NCBI RefSeq assembly: GCF_006345805.1
Contig: NC_042997.1
Span: 43,958,001-44,022,000, forward strand
Direction: 5' to 3'
Source of the DNA: Octopus sinensis
Lineage: Eukaryota
DNA length: 64,000 nt
Position 1 is the stretch's first letter. The number at the start of each line of letters is the position of its first letter. Positions 62,240-64,000 of the stretch are shown here, one piece after another. Under the pieces are notes generated by a model. It was not told the origin of the DNA, did no database searches, and saw nothing but the letters and a program-made list of their open reading frames with translations. Made by a program: the position numbers and the translations under genes.

Positions 62240-63620
62240 TATAACATGTCTATGATGTTTCATCTTTGCTTTGACGATTGGGTATCTTTCCTGTGCCACA
62301 AATCACCCGTCATCTCAGTCCTTTGTCATCTCCTTTGTGAGGCTCAACATCTGGAGGTAATTTTTCATCCCTTCATCCCATCTCTTCTTGCTGGGGTCAT
62401 CCTCTCCCATAAGTTTCATTCACATTTGGTGACTGACATTTCTTCTTTATGCAGCTGTCTTCATCCACATGCATCGCGTGACCATATCAGTGCAGTCTTC
62501 TCTCCTGCACACCACATCTGGTGCCTTTCATGCTCAAATTCTCTTTCAGCACATTTTCTCTTTGTTGTATACGAACACTGATGCTTCCCTGTTCCAGTGG
62601 AGCCTGCTAGCTTGTTTCTTTCAAGCCTTCACAGATCCCCTGCATTCACAGCCAAAAGCTTGGGAACAAAATTTGCTTGGGAGGTGCAAACCCAGGCACA
62701 AAGGTTTCTACAAACAAAGTCTTATTGTTTATTTATTTATTTATTTTTGTTCTTTGTGAAGGAACCTAACTTCAAGCTATGTTTTACTGATCACTTTTTA
62801 TACACTGAAAAAAGGATTTTGATTTTGCATCCCAAAAGAATTTTGGGAGATGTGCTTGTGCCCCTTCTTCTCAGGGCCATGTTCACAGCACATGATTCTT
62901 ATCATGTAGCATTGCCATTCACACACAAGCATTATACAATCTGCCTTTCATTCTAAACTCTCTCCATCCTACTCTTATTCTGGCAACCTCCTCCATTGCT
63001 AATTTGATCATCTAGGCAATAAAAACTATCTGCTACTTCTAAAGAACCTCTTGGGCATTTGATGAAATCTTTTTTCTGTGTGTTCTTAATCTTCTTTGCT
63101 CCTGTGGATCTGCTACACACAAAGTCCACTTCCTCTGTTAATCTTCCTGTGATTCCCTGGCACCTCTGATGTGTCCATACTTTGTACTCGACATACAGTG
63201 TGGAATTTCAAGCCATACCATTCCCAAAGGTTTAAGTAATTTGTTTGTTTTCTTGCTTACTAGAACCTTGGTCTTCTCCAAAGTTAGTTTTAAATCCATT
63301 GATTCCAGGTTTTGCTTCCACACCTAGTATTTCTTTTTTAATTCTACTACAGGTTCAGCTACATGAACAAGGTTATCCCTTTAGAGGAGGTCTCATTGGT
63401 AACCAGGCTTAAACTCCTCTATTATGGTCTGGAGGACTATGATAAATAAGAAGGGACTGAAAAATGAGCCCTGGTGACACCCACATGCAAATTAAATTCG
63501 TTGCTATACTAATTACTCTCACCTTACTGACAACACCTCTGTACGTGGCTTGGAAGATCCTGCTAGCCATTCATCTAATCCAAACATCCACAGTAACTTC
63601 TAGATGAATGAGCAGTCATA
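62240..63620 (-). pseudogene. RTE-clade LINE, RT C-terminus to 3' end, decayed and interrupted
   Basis: LLFIIVLQTIIEEFKPG, WKQNLESMDLKLTLEKTKVLVS, RLH*YGHAMHVDEDSCIKK...GRG*P. Confidence 0.8.
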
Positions 63621-63624
63621 TATA

Positions 63625-63785
63625 TATATCATCATCATCATTTAATGTCCATTGTCCATGCTGGCATGGGTTGGACGGTTTGACTGGGCTGGCACGCTGG
63701 AAGGCTGCACCAGACTCCAGTCTGATTTGGCATGGTTTTCTACACCTGGATGCCCTTCCTAACAGCAACTACTCAGAGTGATGGA
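63625..63785 (-). mobile_element. SINE family R 3' part
   Basis: CATCATCATTTAATGTCC...GGATGCCCTTCCTAAC. Confidence 0.7.
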
Positions 63786-64000
63786 ATGAGCACATATATT
63801 TTATTGTGTATGGAGAGAATCATTCTGTTTTAATGCTTTATTAATTAACACTGAATAAATAAGTAAATGAGTGGAAATCGAACCAGTGGGTGTGTTAATT
63901 AAAACAGAATGACTCTCCGCGGACACAGTAAAATATGCTTCAACACACGAATTCACATAACGAATCTTCCAAACCAAATACAAAAACATGGATATATATA

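Overview
Eukaryotic, AT-rich, repeat-dominated DNA. The SINE families and very long microsatellites look like an octopus (coleoid cephalopod) genome; this is an inference. I recognise only one host gene: the first coding exon of pICln/CLNS1A on the minus strand (5143-5025, MVKLTNFPPPTEGIHCEQPDVEVFVQKKSLGLGKLYVAE-S), which is too short for the ORF track. The rest of that gene runs off to the left. The remainder is a transposon archive. It holds at least four tRNA-type SINE families, four non-autonomous Helitrons, hAT and Merlin-like MITEs, and decayed Tc1/mariner, maT, pogo/Tigger and hAT transposases. It also holds Tx1, RTE and RLE-type LINE fragments and TGTAG...CTACA solo-LTR-like elements. 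The most unusual structures are: (1) a 2.6-kb foldback element about 420 bp upstream of the CLNS1A start whose arms have duplicated a SINE; (2) evidence that the dominant SINE shares its tail with, and forms a chimera with, a Tx1-clade LINE; (3) a GC-rich hAT with intact ends; (4) a MITE carrying a CSL+octamer+CCAAT cassette; (5) an isolated 112-nt hairpin. I see no CRISPR array, rRNA or genuine tRNA. I found no convincing new enzymatic system; the novelty is in element architecture. Boundaries of decayed repeats are approximate, and all alignments were made by eye.
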